Shown piece by piece: positions 17,207 through 26,547 of a DNA stretch of 64,000 nucleotides; position 1 is the first letter of the stretch; every line of letters starts with the position of its first letter. The notes beneath the pieces were generated by a model, which saw nothing but the letters and a program-made list of their open reading frames with translations, ran no database searches and was not told the origin of the DNA. This DNA comes from Desulfuromonadales bacterium (lineage in GTDB: Bacteria > Desulfobacterota > Desulfuromonadia > Desulfuromonadales > SZUA-540): positions 1 to 64,000 of the forward strand of contig JAWSUS010000018.1 of the NCBI GenBank assembly GCA_033549025.1, given 5' to 3'. The translations under genes and the position numbers were made by a program.

Positions 17207-19564
17207 ATGGATCCGCATACCGCCCGACTTTTTGCTGAACAGCTGGCCCGATGGACCGAATCGCACATTCATCTGGGCCGCTCCCCCCTGAAAAAGGTGG
17301 AGGTTTTTTCTTCCCTTTTGACGCCGGCGGGCGAGCTGTCGCCGCCCTTGATCTTCTGGATCAATCGTGACAGCTTCATGGCCGCCGGAGTTGTTCTTTT
17401 CCCGTCGGGCCACACCCACGATGCCAACGACCTGGGTGTTCACTGCGCCGAAGCACTGGGACTACGTCATTTTATTTCCTGGGCCCCCAAAGAGGTCGTC
17501 ATCTGGGAGGTTCAATCCGGCAGCTGTCAAAAACGCAAGACCCTGCCCCTCTCCGGTCATGGAGATGAAGGCGAGGAGGCTTTCCGGGAAACGCTTGCCC
17601 TTTTGCTGGAAGAGGTCAAGATGCTTTCCGTCACGGGTGCCATTGCCCCCGCCGACCTCTCCCCTTTTTATCTCGTCAACCTCTGTCTCGGGGCCGTCAC
17701 CTCGGCCTGTCCATTCATCGTGGAGCAGTATCAGGTTACCCGCGAGGCCACCCGCCTTGGCGCAGATCCGGCCGCGTTGACCACCCTGGCCTACCGTAAG
17801 GCGACCCTGACCCTACTGCGTCTTCTGGCGCTGATCAGCTATGATCGGCTACCGCCCTCCGTCCAACCGGAAGGGCTCGACAGAGCCACCATTTATGCCA
17901 TGGAGACCCTTCCCGACATTCTCCAGCAGGCAATGAAACCCCAGTCAACCGAGCAACCTCTGCCGCTGGAAGCCGCTACCCGTTTTCATCATTTTTTTCG
18001 CCGCATGCTGCAGTTGCCGCAGCGAAAAAATCACGATTTCCTGATCAGGGTGCTGCAGTCGCTTCTGGCCAAAGATGCTCCGCAACTGGGGGGGCATCCG
18101 CTCCCCAACCCCAAAAATCCGAGCAACGATACGGCCTGTCTGTTCGTCCATCCCGACGGCATCAACAAGAATAGCGGCACAGAGGTTATGGAAGTTGCCC
18201 CGCAGCCCATCTTGGCCTACACGGCCCTGCTAAGGGATTTTCTGCACACCCCGCCGGCCATCGCCCAGGGAACCAGCGTCTTGCGCTTTTTGCCGCCGGT
18301 GGCGCCCCAACAGATCATCGGGACACTGCAGGACAACCGCCTGCCTTCGATGATGGAGCGGCAGGAATTAGCGACTCTTCTCCGTGGTTCATGGCCCAAT
18401 CGCCGGCTTCCTCTTTTAGCGGGCACTCCCCTGTGGGGTTGGGAATTCATCCATCTCCTCGGAGTAGCCGGCGATGGGGCGGATCTCGAGCTGCGCATTC
18501 CCGATACCTGGATTTATCAGGACTTCGGCGCACCCCTTTTCGACCTCATCAAAGAGTATTTCGTCCTGACCGGCATCAGGGCCGAGGAGGACAACGGCTT
18601 GACGGTCAGCCTGCAAAAAACGGCTGATGAGGACGCCCAAACCACTTTTGAGTTGGACAAAGAAACCAGAAGCATCAACTGGTCTCTTCTCCGCTCGGGC
18701 CACCGCTCTCTACTGGCTCTTGGCCTTCGCCTGCCGGCCTATCTCTTTAAATGGCTTGAAACAGGCACCCTGCAATTCGTTGAACCAACCCATTGGCCAG
18801 CAGAGAAAGAGCGTGAGATCTACCTTTTTGCCCAGTCCACCCTGGGGCAATTCCTCTGGAGCGTCATTGCCGGCCAGACGAAACTTCCGTCTCGAAAGAA
18901 CCTTCGTCAGGCAATCCTCGATCAGGGACTACCCCTGCCTGGACCCGAGATTTTGCAGTGCCTGGCTCCCATCCCCTGGAAAGACGGGGAAAAGGTCCCC
19001 CGAGCTACCGTTGACAGTGAGCTGGCCCTGTGGATGAACAACAAGTCCGGCCAGAATCTTCCCAAGCCGTTAAAACGGCCGGCCAAGACCAAATCGTCCC
19101 GCCGGGCCAAAACGACACTGCCCCAGGCCGACCTTGTCGCCAGTATTGGCGGCATCGTCTTCCAGGACGGGGTCCCTCTGTTTCCCGAACAGTATTTGTA
19201 TGACTACTACAAGCCACAGCTCAATCCCTACAAATGGCAGGCTCCCCTTCGCGTCAGCGAGGTGTTTTTCGGGCAATATACGCTCAGGGACGAGCTCGGC
19301 ACCTTCCTGGAGGTCGAAGGCCTGGAGACGGCCAAGGCCTTGGTCCTGATTTCGCACACCGGGAGAACAGAGACGCAGCTCCCCCAGGAACTGCAGTTGA
19401 CGGCCACCTTGCTTGAGCGGTATATAAGAGATCTCAGGGCCCTGAAGGATTCTTTATACCAACAGGTCAACAGGCACATGCCGAACCAGCAGGAAGCCGA
19501 AGACCTCGCCCGGGAAATCTGGTCTGGCCAGGGTCTTCCCCCCTGGGACATTCTGGAAGAATAA
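17207..19564 (+). CDS. Hypothetical protein (785 aa), possible degenerate type IIG RM/N6-MTase fold
   Basis: Long ORF co-oriented with neighbours; segments resemble type IIG proteins but catalytic motifs are absent. Confidence 0.75.
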   Translation: MDPHTARLFAEQLARWTESHIHLGRSPLKKVEVFSSLLTPAGELSPPLIFWINRDSFMAAGVVLFPSGHTHDANDLGVHCAEALGLRHFISWAPKEVVIWEVQSGSCQKRKTLPLSGHGDEGEEAFRETLALLLEEVKMLSVTGAIAPADLSPFYLVNLCLGAVTSACPFIVEQYQVTREATRLGADPAALTTLAYRKATLTLLRLLALISYDRLPPSVQPEGLDRATIYAMETLPDILQQAMKPQSTEQPLPLEAATRFHHFFRRMLQLPQRKNHDFLIRVLQSLLAKDAPQLGGHPLPNPKNPSNDTACLFVHPDGINKNSGTEVMEVAPQPILAYTALLRDFLHTPPAIAQGTSVLRFLPPVAPQQIIGTLQDNRLPSMMERQELATLLRGSWPNRRLPLLAGTPLWGWEFIHLLGVAGDGADLELRIPDTWIYQDFGAPLFDLIKEYFVLTGIRAEEDNGLTVSLQKTADEDAQTTFELDKETRSINWSLLRSGHRSLLALGLRLPAYLFKWLETGTLQFVEPTHWPAEKEREIYLFAQSTLGQFLWSVIAGQTKLPSRKNLRQAILDQGLPLPGPEILQCLAPIPWKDGEKVPRATVDSELALWMNNKSGQNLPKPLKRPAKTKSSRRAKTTLPQADLVASIGGIVFQDGVPLFPEQYLYDYYKPQLNPYKWQAPLRVSEVFFGQYTLRDELGTFLEVEGLETAKALVLISHTGRTETQLPQELQLTATLLERYIRDLRALKDSLYQQVNRHMPNQQEAEDLAREIWSGQGLPPWDILEE

Positions 19565-19640
19565 ATTCTTTCGATTTTAGCCGAGACGAAATCGTTTTTT
19601 CGTCGCCACCGCAATTTTCCTCTACCGAGGCAGGCATCCG

Positions 19641-19850
19641 ATGGCACCAGGCAGAATGCTCATACTGGCAGGTCTCATTCTTCTCGCCGCGGGCTTACTG
19701 ATCACCTATGGGCCCAAGATTCCCCTGCTGGGCAAACTGCCTGGCGACATCCGTGTCGAGAAGGAAAACTTCACCTTTTACTTCCCCCTGGGAACGAGCC
19801 TGCTTGTCTCGGCCCTGCTCTCGCTTCTTTTTTGGCTGTTTCGACGCTGA
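19641..19850 (+). CDS. DUF2905 family small membrane protein
   Basis: LGKLPGDI...FYFPLGTSLLVS. Confidence 0.88.
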   Translation: MAPGRMLILAGLILLAAGLLITYGPKIPLLGKLPGDIRVEKENFTFYFPLGTSLLVSALLSLLFWLFRR

Positions 19851-19932
19851 GCCCGGCTGATACCTGCCGGACTGTCCTCCCGCAAAGGATGCCTATGAAC
19901 ATACCCGCTCTTTTCGACTCAGGTAAGGCGAT

Positions 19933-20883
19933 ATGGCCAAATCCATAGGACTTGCTCTTGGCAGCGGAGCGGCACGGGGGCTCGCTCATATCGGCGTTCT
20001 CAAAGAACTCGAGGAAAACGCCATTCCGGTCAGCGCCATTGCCGGCACCTCCATGGGCGCTTTTATAGGAGCCCTCTATGCCGCGGGTGTTCCCCTGACG
20101 GAAATGGAAGAGGTGGCCCTCAAGCAGGACTGGCGGAAACTGGCTCGTCTTATTGACCCGGCCTTACCGACCTCCGGACTCATTAACGGCAGAAACGTCG
20201 CTTCCTTCATTCAGAACCTTCTTCCCGTTCACACCTTTGAAGAGCTCTCCATTCCTCTGGCGGTCGTCACCACCGATATCGAAACGGGTGAACATGTCAT
20301 CATAAAAAAAGGCAGCCTGGACGATGCCCTCAGAGCTGCGATCGCCTTTCCCGGCGTCTTCCCGCCAGTCCGTTTCGGCGACCGTTTTCTGGTAGACGGG
20401 GGTCTCTGCATCCCTGTCCCCATCAACCAGGTTCGCGACCTCGGTGTCGAGGTCACCATTGGCGTGTGCACAATTCCCGAGGTGGAGAAAAAAGCGACTG
20501 AAGATTTCCTCCTCCATAAAAAAGAAAAGAAAAAGACCGGGAACAGCTTCCTGAATCTGCTCACTGTCGAAGCCGTGGAGAAACTCCTTAAATCCCCCTT
20601 GGGGAACAACCATCACCCCCCCAGCGAAAACTCACAGGGAGAAGAAACCTCAGCAGAACGTAAGCCTCCGGGGATTTTAAAGATTTTTGCTCAGAGCATC
20701 GCCATCATGGAAAATGAGATCAACTCTCTGAGGCTGGAAAAAGATGAAGCGGATCTGCTGATTCGCCCAGATCTTAACGGGATTACCCTGTTGGAGTTCA
20801 ATCGTGCCGAAGAAACGATTCGGGCTGGCGTGAAAGCCACGAAAAAGGTACTTTCCCAGGTACGCGATTTGGCTCAACTTTGA
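19933..20883 (+). CDS. Patatin-like phospholipase (NTE/RssA family)
   Basis: LGSGAARG, GTSMG nucleophile, LVDGG. Confidence 0.92.
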   Translation: MAKSIGLALGSGAARGLAHIGVLKELEENAIPVSAIAGTSMGAFIGALYAAGVPLTEMEEVALKQDWRKLARLIDPALPTSGLINGRNVASFIQNLLPVHTFEELSIPLAVVTTDIETGEHVIIKKGSLDDALRAAIAFPGVFPPVRFGDRFLVDGGLCIPVPINQVRDLGVEVTIGVCTIPEVEKKATEDFLLHKKEKKKTGNSFLNLLTVEAVEKLLKSPLGNNHHPPSENSQGEETSAERKPPGILKIFAQSIAIMENEINSLRLEKDEADLLIRPDLNGITLLEFNRAEETIRAGVKATKKVLSQVRDLAQL

Positions 20884-20946
20884 AAGACATCGGCCCTGTG
20901 ATAGACTTTTACAATCTAGGTCATTTCACCTTTCAAGGAGGTCATT

Positions 20947-21249
20947 ATGCTGGAATTTCTGGAAAAAACCCTTTTTACCACCGTGGGTGCCGTGGCTTTG
21001 AGCCAAAAAAAAGCGGAAGAGCTGCTCAAGGAGATGAAAGAACGCTTTGACATTACCGAAGAGGAGGGCAAAGCCTTTTTGAACAATCTTCAGGAAAAAG
21101 CCAAGGAAAACCAGCAGAAACTTGAACAGGCGGCCCGAGACGAGGTCAAAAAAGCCTGTGAACGGGCGGGGGTCGTCACCACCGATGAATTTGAAAAACT
21201 GAAGAAAAAAGTCGACCAGCTTGAAAAACTGGTAAAGGATCAGGGATAG
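20947..21249 (+). CDS. Phasin-family / PHA-granule-associated-like coiled-coil protein
   Basis: LEKTLFTTVGAVAL...EEGK...GVVTTDEFEKL pattern; RBS AGGAGG. Confidence 0.7.
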   Translation: MLEFLEKTLFTTVGAVALSQKKAEELLKEMKERFDITEEEGKAFLNNLQEKAKENQQKLEQAARDEVKKACERAGVVTTDEFEKLKKKVDQLEKLVKDQG

Positions 21250-21262
21250 CATCCCACGATTC

Positions 21263-22954
21263 ATGCTGACCTTCACCCGCATAAATCGCAACATCCGTTC
21301 TATCAGACGCTATCGGGATATTCTGTCGATCCTGATCAAATATGGTTTCGGCGGCCTGATCGAACAGCTCAACATCACCTACTATATTGAGCTGGGACGG
21401 AAGATTGTCACCCTGGGCAAAGCCTCCAAAGAACTGGAACGCTTGACGCAGGCAGAACGACTGCGTCTGGCCATGGAAGAATTGGGTCCGACCTTCATAA
21501 AGCTCGGGCAGCTGCTATCGACACGCCCTGACGTCATTCCGGCCGAATTTATCGAAGAATTCCGCAAGTTGCAGGACAAGGTCCCGCCGATACCGGCCGA
21601 AGAGGTTCACAAACAGATTTCGCTGGAACTGGGTCAATCTGTCGATGAACTCTTTTCCTCCTTTTCCGTCGTTCCTTTGGCTTCTGCCTCTATTTCCCAA
21701 GTACATCGGGCCCGCCTGACGACCGGTGAAGAGGTCGTTCTGAAGGTTCGACGCCCCCGTATTGAACAGGTCGTCGACACCGACCTCGACATCCTGATGG
21801 GACTGGCCTATCTGGTGGAAAAGCACCTGCCATCGGGCGAGTTGTACGATCCGACCGGGATTGTCAAAGAATTTCGGCGCACCATCTACCGCGAAATGGA
21901 TTTTGCCCGGGAAGGGCGCACCATTGACCGTTTTGCCGCCAACTTTGCCGATGACCCGACGGTCCATGTCCCTCAGGTTTTCTGGGATTTTACGGGAGAA
22001 TCTGTCCTGACCATGGAGTATGTGGACGGGATCAAAGTTTCTCATTTCGACAAGCTACGGCAAGAGGGCCATGACCTCAGAGCCATTGCCCGCCATGGGG
22101 CGGACGCTATTCTCAAACAAGTGCTCATCCATGGCCTTTTCCATGGCGATCCCCACCCGGGCAACATCTATATTCTCGATAAGGACAGGGTCTGTTTTTT
22201 GGACTACGGCATGGTCGGGCGACTTGATGACAGCTTGAAATATCAGCTGGTCGAGCTCCTGGTTGCGGTCCTCAAAAGAGACGTTGACCGTATTATCAAC
22301 ATGCTCCTCTATTCGGGCGAACTCACAGACGAATCCAACATCAGAGACCTGCGGCGGGACCTGGCCGAATTCATTGATGATTATTATGAAATCCCCCTGC
22401 AGGAGATTAATGCAGGGAAACTGCTGTCGGAGTTCGTGGAAATTCTCTCCCATAATCGCATCAAGTTCCGCTCTGACCTTATCCTGCTGGCCAAGGCGCT
22501 GGTAACGATCGAAGGCATAGGGCGCCAACTTGACCCCGACTTCAACATGATCGACCACCTGAAACCTTTTCTCGAAAAGGTCGTTCACGAAAGACTGGCG
22601 CCGGCGGCCTTGGGCAAAGAACTGTTGAGGGTTCTGCAGGACTATGGTGCTTTTGCAAAGACGCTTCCCAGCGATCTGAAGGAATTCATCAACCGGGTCA
22701 ATAAAAATAAGTTCAAAATCGACCTGGAGCATCGGGGGCTGGAAAAAATGATTTCCGACCTCGATAAATCGAGCAACCGCCTCTCCTTCAGTCTGGTTAT
22801 CGGCTCCCTTATAGTCGGTTCGTCCCTTATCATGCAGACCGAAAAGGGGCCTCTCCTTTTCAACTTCCCAATACTGGGTCTTTTGGGATATTCCATCGCC
22901 GGCTTCCTGGGACTTTGGCTTGCCATCGCCATTCTCCGCTCTGGCCGCCTGTAG
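21263..22954 (+). CDS. ABC1/UbiB family atypical kinase
   Basis: LGPTFIKLGQ, ASASISQVHRA, LKVRRP, FHGDPHPGN, LDYGM; C-terminal TM helices. Confidence 0.92.
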   Translation: MLTFTRINRNIRSIRRYRDILSILIKYGFGGLIEQLNITYYIELGRKIVTLGKASKELERLTQAERLRLAMEELGPTFIKLGQLLSTRPDVIPAEFIEEFRKLQDKVPPIPAEEVHKQISLELGQSVDELFSSFSVVPLASASISQVHRARLTTGEEVVLKVRRPRIEQVVDTDLDILMGLAYLVEKHLPSGELYDPTGIVKEFRRTIYREMDFAREGRTIDRFAANFADDPTVHVPQVFWDFTGESVLTMEYVDGIKVSHFDKLRQEGHDLRAIARHGADAILKQVLIHGLFHGDPHPGNIYILDKDRVCFLDYGMVGRLDDSLKYQLVELLVAVLKRDVDRIINMLLYSGELTDESNIRDLRRDLAEFIDDYYEIPLQEINAGKLLSEFVEILSHNRIKFRSDLILLAKALVTIEGIGRQLDPDFNMIDHLKPFLEKVVHERLAPAALGKELLRVLQDYGAFAKTLPSDLKEFINRVNKNKFKIDLEHRGLEKMISDLDKSSNRLSFSLVIGSLIVGSSLIMQTEKGPLLFNFPILGLLGYSIAGFLGLWLAIAILRSGRL

Positions 22955-23121
22955 ACTCGCCTAACGTACTTTTCCGCGCCTTTTTCGACACCTGATGAAT
23001 CCCAGACTGTAGACTTTAAACCACACCATCTCACTTTTTCTACCACAACACCCTCCTGTCAATACACACCATCACACCAATAGGATATGTGATTTCAGCA
23101 CCTTGAGGGCCTGACATCAAA

Positions 23122-23137
23122 TGGCAGACTTATTGCA
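23122..23137 (+). promoter_or_regulatory. Sigma54 (-24/-12) promoter upstream of lpxC
   Basis: TGGCAG-ACTTA-TTGCA, GG-N10-GC spacing exact. Confidence 0.65.
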
Positions 23138-23201
23138 TCCCAGTGGGGCGTAACCAAAAAGACATTCATATATTGCATTAATACTCAGGAGAATCCTGTC
23201 C

Positions 23202-24131
23202 ATGATTTTTCAACGCACCATCGCCCAGACAACCTCCATATCCGGCATAGGCCTTCACTCCGGCCATCGGATCAACATGACTCTTCGTCCGGCGGAGGCA
23301 GGAACTGGCGTTGTTTTCCACCGTTCAGAAGGCGATCGCGTCGTTTCCATTGAAGCGGTGTCCGCCAATGTTGTGGATACCCGGCTGGCCACGGTTCTTG
23401 GCAAAAACGGCCTGCAGGTTTCTACCGTTGAACATTTTATGGCGGCCCTCACAGCCTTCGGCATCGACAACCTTCATGTGGATATCGACGGTCCTGAAAT
23501 TCCGGTCATGGATGGCAGCGCGGTTCCTTTTGTCGAACTGCTGCAGGAAGCCGGCGTGAGCAACCTGGCGCGCAGCCGCAAATTTTTGGCGGTTCGCAAG
23601 CCCATCACAGTCATTGACGGTGAAAAACGCGTCAGCCTCATCCCTTCGCGCTTTTTTCGCATCACCGCCGAGATTGCCTTTGAGCATCCCTGCATTGCTC
23701 ATCAGCAGCGTTCAATCAAGTTTTCTCGCGAAGGCTTTATCAAAGACATCGCTCCGGCCCGAACTTTTGGGTTTCTCAAAGAGGTGGAATATCTCAAAGC
23801 CAACGGTTTGGCCCGTGGCGGCTCCATGGAGAACGCTGTGGTCATTGGAGAGGACAAGATTCTGAATCCGGAAGGCCTCCGATTCAGCGATGAGTTCGTG
23901 CGCCACAAAATCCTGGACTCCGTGGGTGACTTCAGCCTCCTTGGCTACTCGATTCTTGGCCACTTCAAAACCTTCAAGGCCGGGCACGACATCAACCACA
24001 AGATGGTAGAACAAATTCTGGCCTCCCCTGACTGCTGGAAGCTGGTCGAATTTTCCGAAGAAGATGTCCGCAATGCCCTCAATGCCAACTCGCCCGCTTA
24101 CGCTACCGAACTGGCGATATCCAAGGCATAG
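23202..24131 (+). CDS. lpxC: UDP-3-O-acyl-N-acetylglucosamine deacetylase
   Basis: QRTI, GIGLHSG, STVEHFM, MDGSA, ARTFGF, RHKILD. Confidence 0.96.
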   Translation: MIFQRTIAQTTSISGIGLHSGHRINMTLRPAEAGTGVVFHRSEGDRVVSIEAVSANVVDTRLATVLGKNGLQVSTVEHFMAALTAFGIDNLHVDIDGPEIPVMDGSAVPFVELLQEAGVSNLARSRKFLAVRKPITVIDGEKRVSLIPSRFFRITAEIAFEHPCIAHQQRSIKFSREGFIKDIAPARTFGFLKEVEYLKANGLARGGSMENAVVIGEDKILNPEGLRFSDEFVRHKILDSVGDFSLLGYSILGHFKTFKAGHDINHKMVEQILASPDCWKLVEFSEEDVRNALNANSPAYATELAISKA

Positions 24132-24152
24132 GATCAAACAACCTCAGAATGG

Positions 24153-24190
24153 AAAGAGGCAACCTGGGTCAGGGTTGCCTCTTTTTGTTT
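24153..24190 (+). terminator. Intrinsic terminator after lpxC
   Basis: AAAGAGGCAACC...GGTTGCCTCTTTTTGTTT. Confidence 0.75.
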
Positions 24191-24265
24191 GCAGCCAGCA
24201 GGTAAGACCTGATATTTTGTTTGAAATTATAGAGGCTTGAGATCACCCCTCAGTTTGCGGGAAAA

Positions 24266-26515
24266 ATGTCGCCAGAAACAAAAAAACATAAAGACCCCAT
24301 CCTTGAAACGAGGAAAAGACGCCGGGAATGGATTCTTATCATCCTGGTCATCTGTCTTGTCCTGTTGTTCTCGCGGTTTGAAACGCAGCTTTTTGAACTC
24401 ACCGCTGGCGTACCCGTTTCCAACAGCATCCTGCTTCTGGCGTTAATCAACATCAACATTCTCTTTATTATCCTCCTGCTGTTCCTGATCTTCCGGAATT
24501 TATTCAAACTCATTCTCGAACGGCGTAAAAACGTACCCGGCGCACGTCTGCGGTCCAAACTAGTCATCGCTTTTGTTTCTCTGTCGCTGGTGCCCACGAT
24601 GCTGCTTTTTTTCGTATCGGCGGGTTTCATCAACAACACCATTGAGAACTGGTTCAACACTCAGATAGAGGCCTCCCTGCAGGAATCCCTGGACGTCGCT
24701 CAGACCTACTACAAAAACTCAGCCGCAAACGCCCTCTACTATGCAGAACAGCTCGCGCAGATCATCAAGGAAGAGAAACTTCTCAACCAGGAAAATCTGC
24801 CAAAGCTGGTGGAAGTCATCAAGCAGAAGCAAAAAGAATACAATCTGGGCATTGTTGAGGTTTTTTCAAGCACGTACGAGGAACTTGTTCGTGCTTCGAA
24901 TCCTCAGGTACCGGCTTCGGAATTCACGGATCCGGGCTCGGACAATATACGGGAAGCCCTCCAAGGCAACCGTTTCACGCGAATTACCCCTATTGGTAAA
25001 GCCGACCTCATCCGGGGAATCGTGCCGGTCTATTCCAATTGGAATCCCAACGATGTCGTTGGCGTGGTAGTCGTCAACTATTACGTGCCGTACAGCCTGG
25101 TCGCCAAGATGAAGGAAATTTCCTCATCATTCGAACAGTACAAAAGCAGCAAATTGCTCAAAGGGCAGATCCAGAAAAGCTATGTGGTCGTTCTTCTTCT
25201 TATCGCGCTGGTCATTATTTTCATGGCTACCTGGTTCGGATTCCATCTGGCCCGAGGCATTACCGTTCCCATCCAGGAGCTCGCCGTGGCTACCAATAAA
25301 ATTGCCGGGGGCGACCTCAATGTGAAGATCGACGTGCAAAGCGATGACGAAATTGGCACCCTGGTGCAGGCCTTTAATAAAATGACAGCGGACCTGCGCA
25401 AAAGTCGGGCTGCCATCAACAAGGCCAATCAGGAATTTCATGCTTCAAACCTCGAACTGGACCAGCGGCGCCGCTACATGGAGATTGTCCTCAAAAATGT
25501 GACCGCCGGCGTTATTTCACTCGACAAACAGGGAAACATCACCACAATCAACAAATCGGCCGAGCTTTTGCTGAGAATCAAAACGGGAAAAATTCTCGGC
25601 AAGAATTTTCGCGAGGTCGTTGACACCAACCATCTACCCATGATCAAGGACCTGCTCAAGGAGCTTATTTCCTCTGGGAAGGATTCGGTTCGCAAACAAA
25701 TCACGGTTTCTATACAGGACAGCAAGATCACCCTGTTGGTTAACGTAACGACTCTTCGCGACGAGAATGGCGAATTCATGGGAACGGTCGTTGTTTTTGA
25801 TGACTTGACCCATCTACTCAAAGCGCAGCGAATGGCGGCGTGGCGAGAGGTCGCACGCCGCATTGCCCACGAGATAAAAAACCCATTGACGCCGATTCAG
25901 CTTTCTGCCCAAAGACTGCGAAGACGATATCTCGATCGCTTTTCCAAAGACGACACTGTTTTTGACGAATGCACTATGATGATTGTGCGCCAGGTTGACG
26001 AACTTAAAAACCTTGTCAATGAATTTTCCAGCTTCGCTCGCATGCCAGCGAGCAATCCAACCCCGAACAACGTCAATGACATACTCTCTGAGGCCATGCG
26101 CCTCTACCAGGAGGCGCATAAAGAGATCGCCTTTTCCTTTGAGCCTGATGCTGGCATGCCGGTTTTCAACCTGGATAGGGACCAAATCAAAAGAGCCTTT
26201 ATCAACCTGCTCGACAACGCGGTAGGTGCCGTCGGTGGTGAAGGAACCATCCACATGGAGTCGGCCTTCAACCCATCCTTGCAAATGGCTATCATTACCA
26301 TTTCGGACTCGGGCTGCGGCATCCCAGCGGAAGACAAGCCCAGACTCTTTGAACCCTATTTTTCTACCAAGAAATCAGGGACCGGGCTCGGACTTGCTAT
26401 TGTTTCAACGATTATCGCCGATCATAATGGCTACATCCGGGTTCGCGACAACTATCCCAAGGGGACCAAGTTTATTGTCGAACTGCCTATTGGTGAAAAT
26501 TCGGTGGCCGTTTAA
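24266..26515 (+). CDS. NtrY-like sensor histidine kinase (TM, HAMP, PAS, HisKA, HATPase)
   Basis: AWREVARRIAHEIKNPLTPIQL H-box, NLLDNA, DSGCGI, GTGLGL. Confidence 0.9.
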   Translation: MSPETKKHKDPILETRKRRREWILIILVICLVLLFSRFETQLFELTAGVPVSNSILLLALININILFIILLLFLIFRNLFKLILERRKNVPGARLRSKLVIAFVSLSLVPTMLLFFVSAGFINNTIENWFNTQIEASLQESLDVAQTYYKNSAANALYYAEQLAQIIKEEKLLNQENLPKLVEVIKQKQKEYNLGIVEVFSSTYEELVRASNPQVPASEFTDPGSDNIREALQGNRFTRITPIGKADLIRGIVPVYSNWNPNDVVGVVVVNYYVPYSLVAKMKEISSSFEQYKSSKLLKGQIQKSYVVVLLLIALVIIFMATWFGFHLARGITVPIQELAVATNKIAGGDLNVKIDVQSDDEIGTLVQAFNKMTADLRKSRAAINKANQEFHASNLELDQRRRYMEIVLKNVTAGVISLDKQGNITTINKSAELLLRIKTGKILGKNFREVVDTNHLPMIKDLLKELISSGKDSVRKQITVSIQDSKITLLVNVTTLRDENGEFMGTVVVFDDLTHLLKAQRMAAWREVARRIAHEIKNPLTPIQLSAQRLRRRYLDRFSKDDTVFDECTMMIVRQVDELKNLVNEFSSFARMPASNPTPNNVNDILSEAMRLYQEAHKEIAFSFEPDAGMPVFNLDRDQIKRAFINLLDNAVGAVGGEGTIHMESAFNPSLQMAIITISDSGCGIPAEDKPRLFEPYFSTKKSGTGLGLAIVSTIIADHNGYIRVRDNYPKGTKFIVELPIGENSVAV

Positions 26516-26547
26516 CCTTTGCCACAAAAAAGATCTCCAGGAAAACG

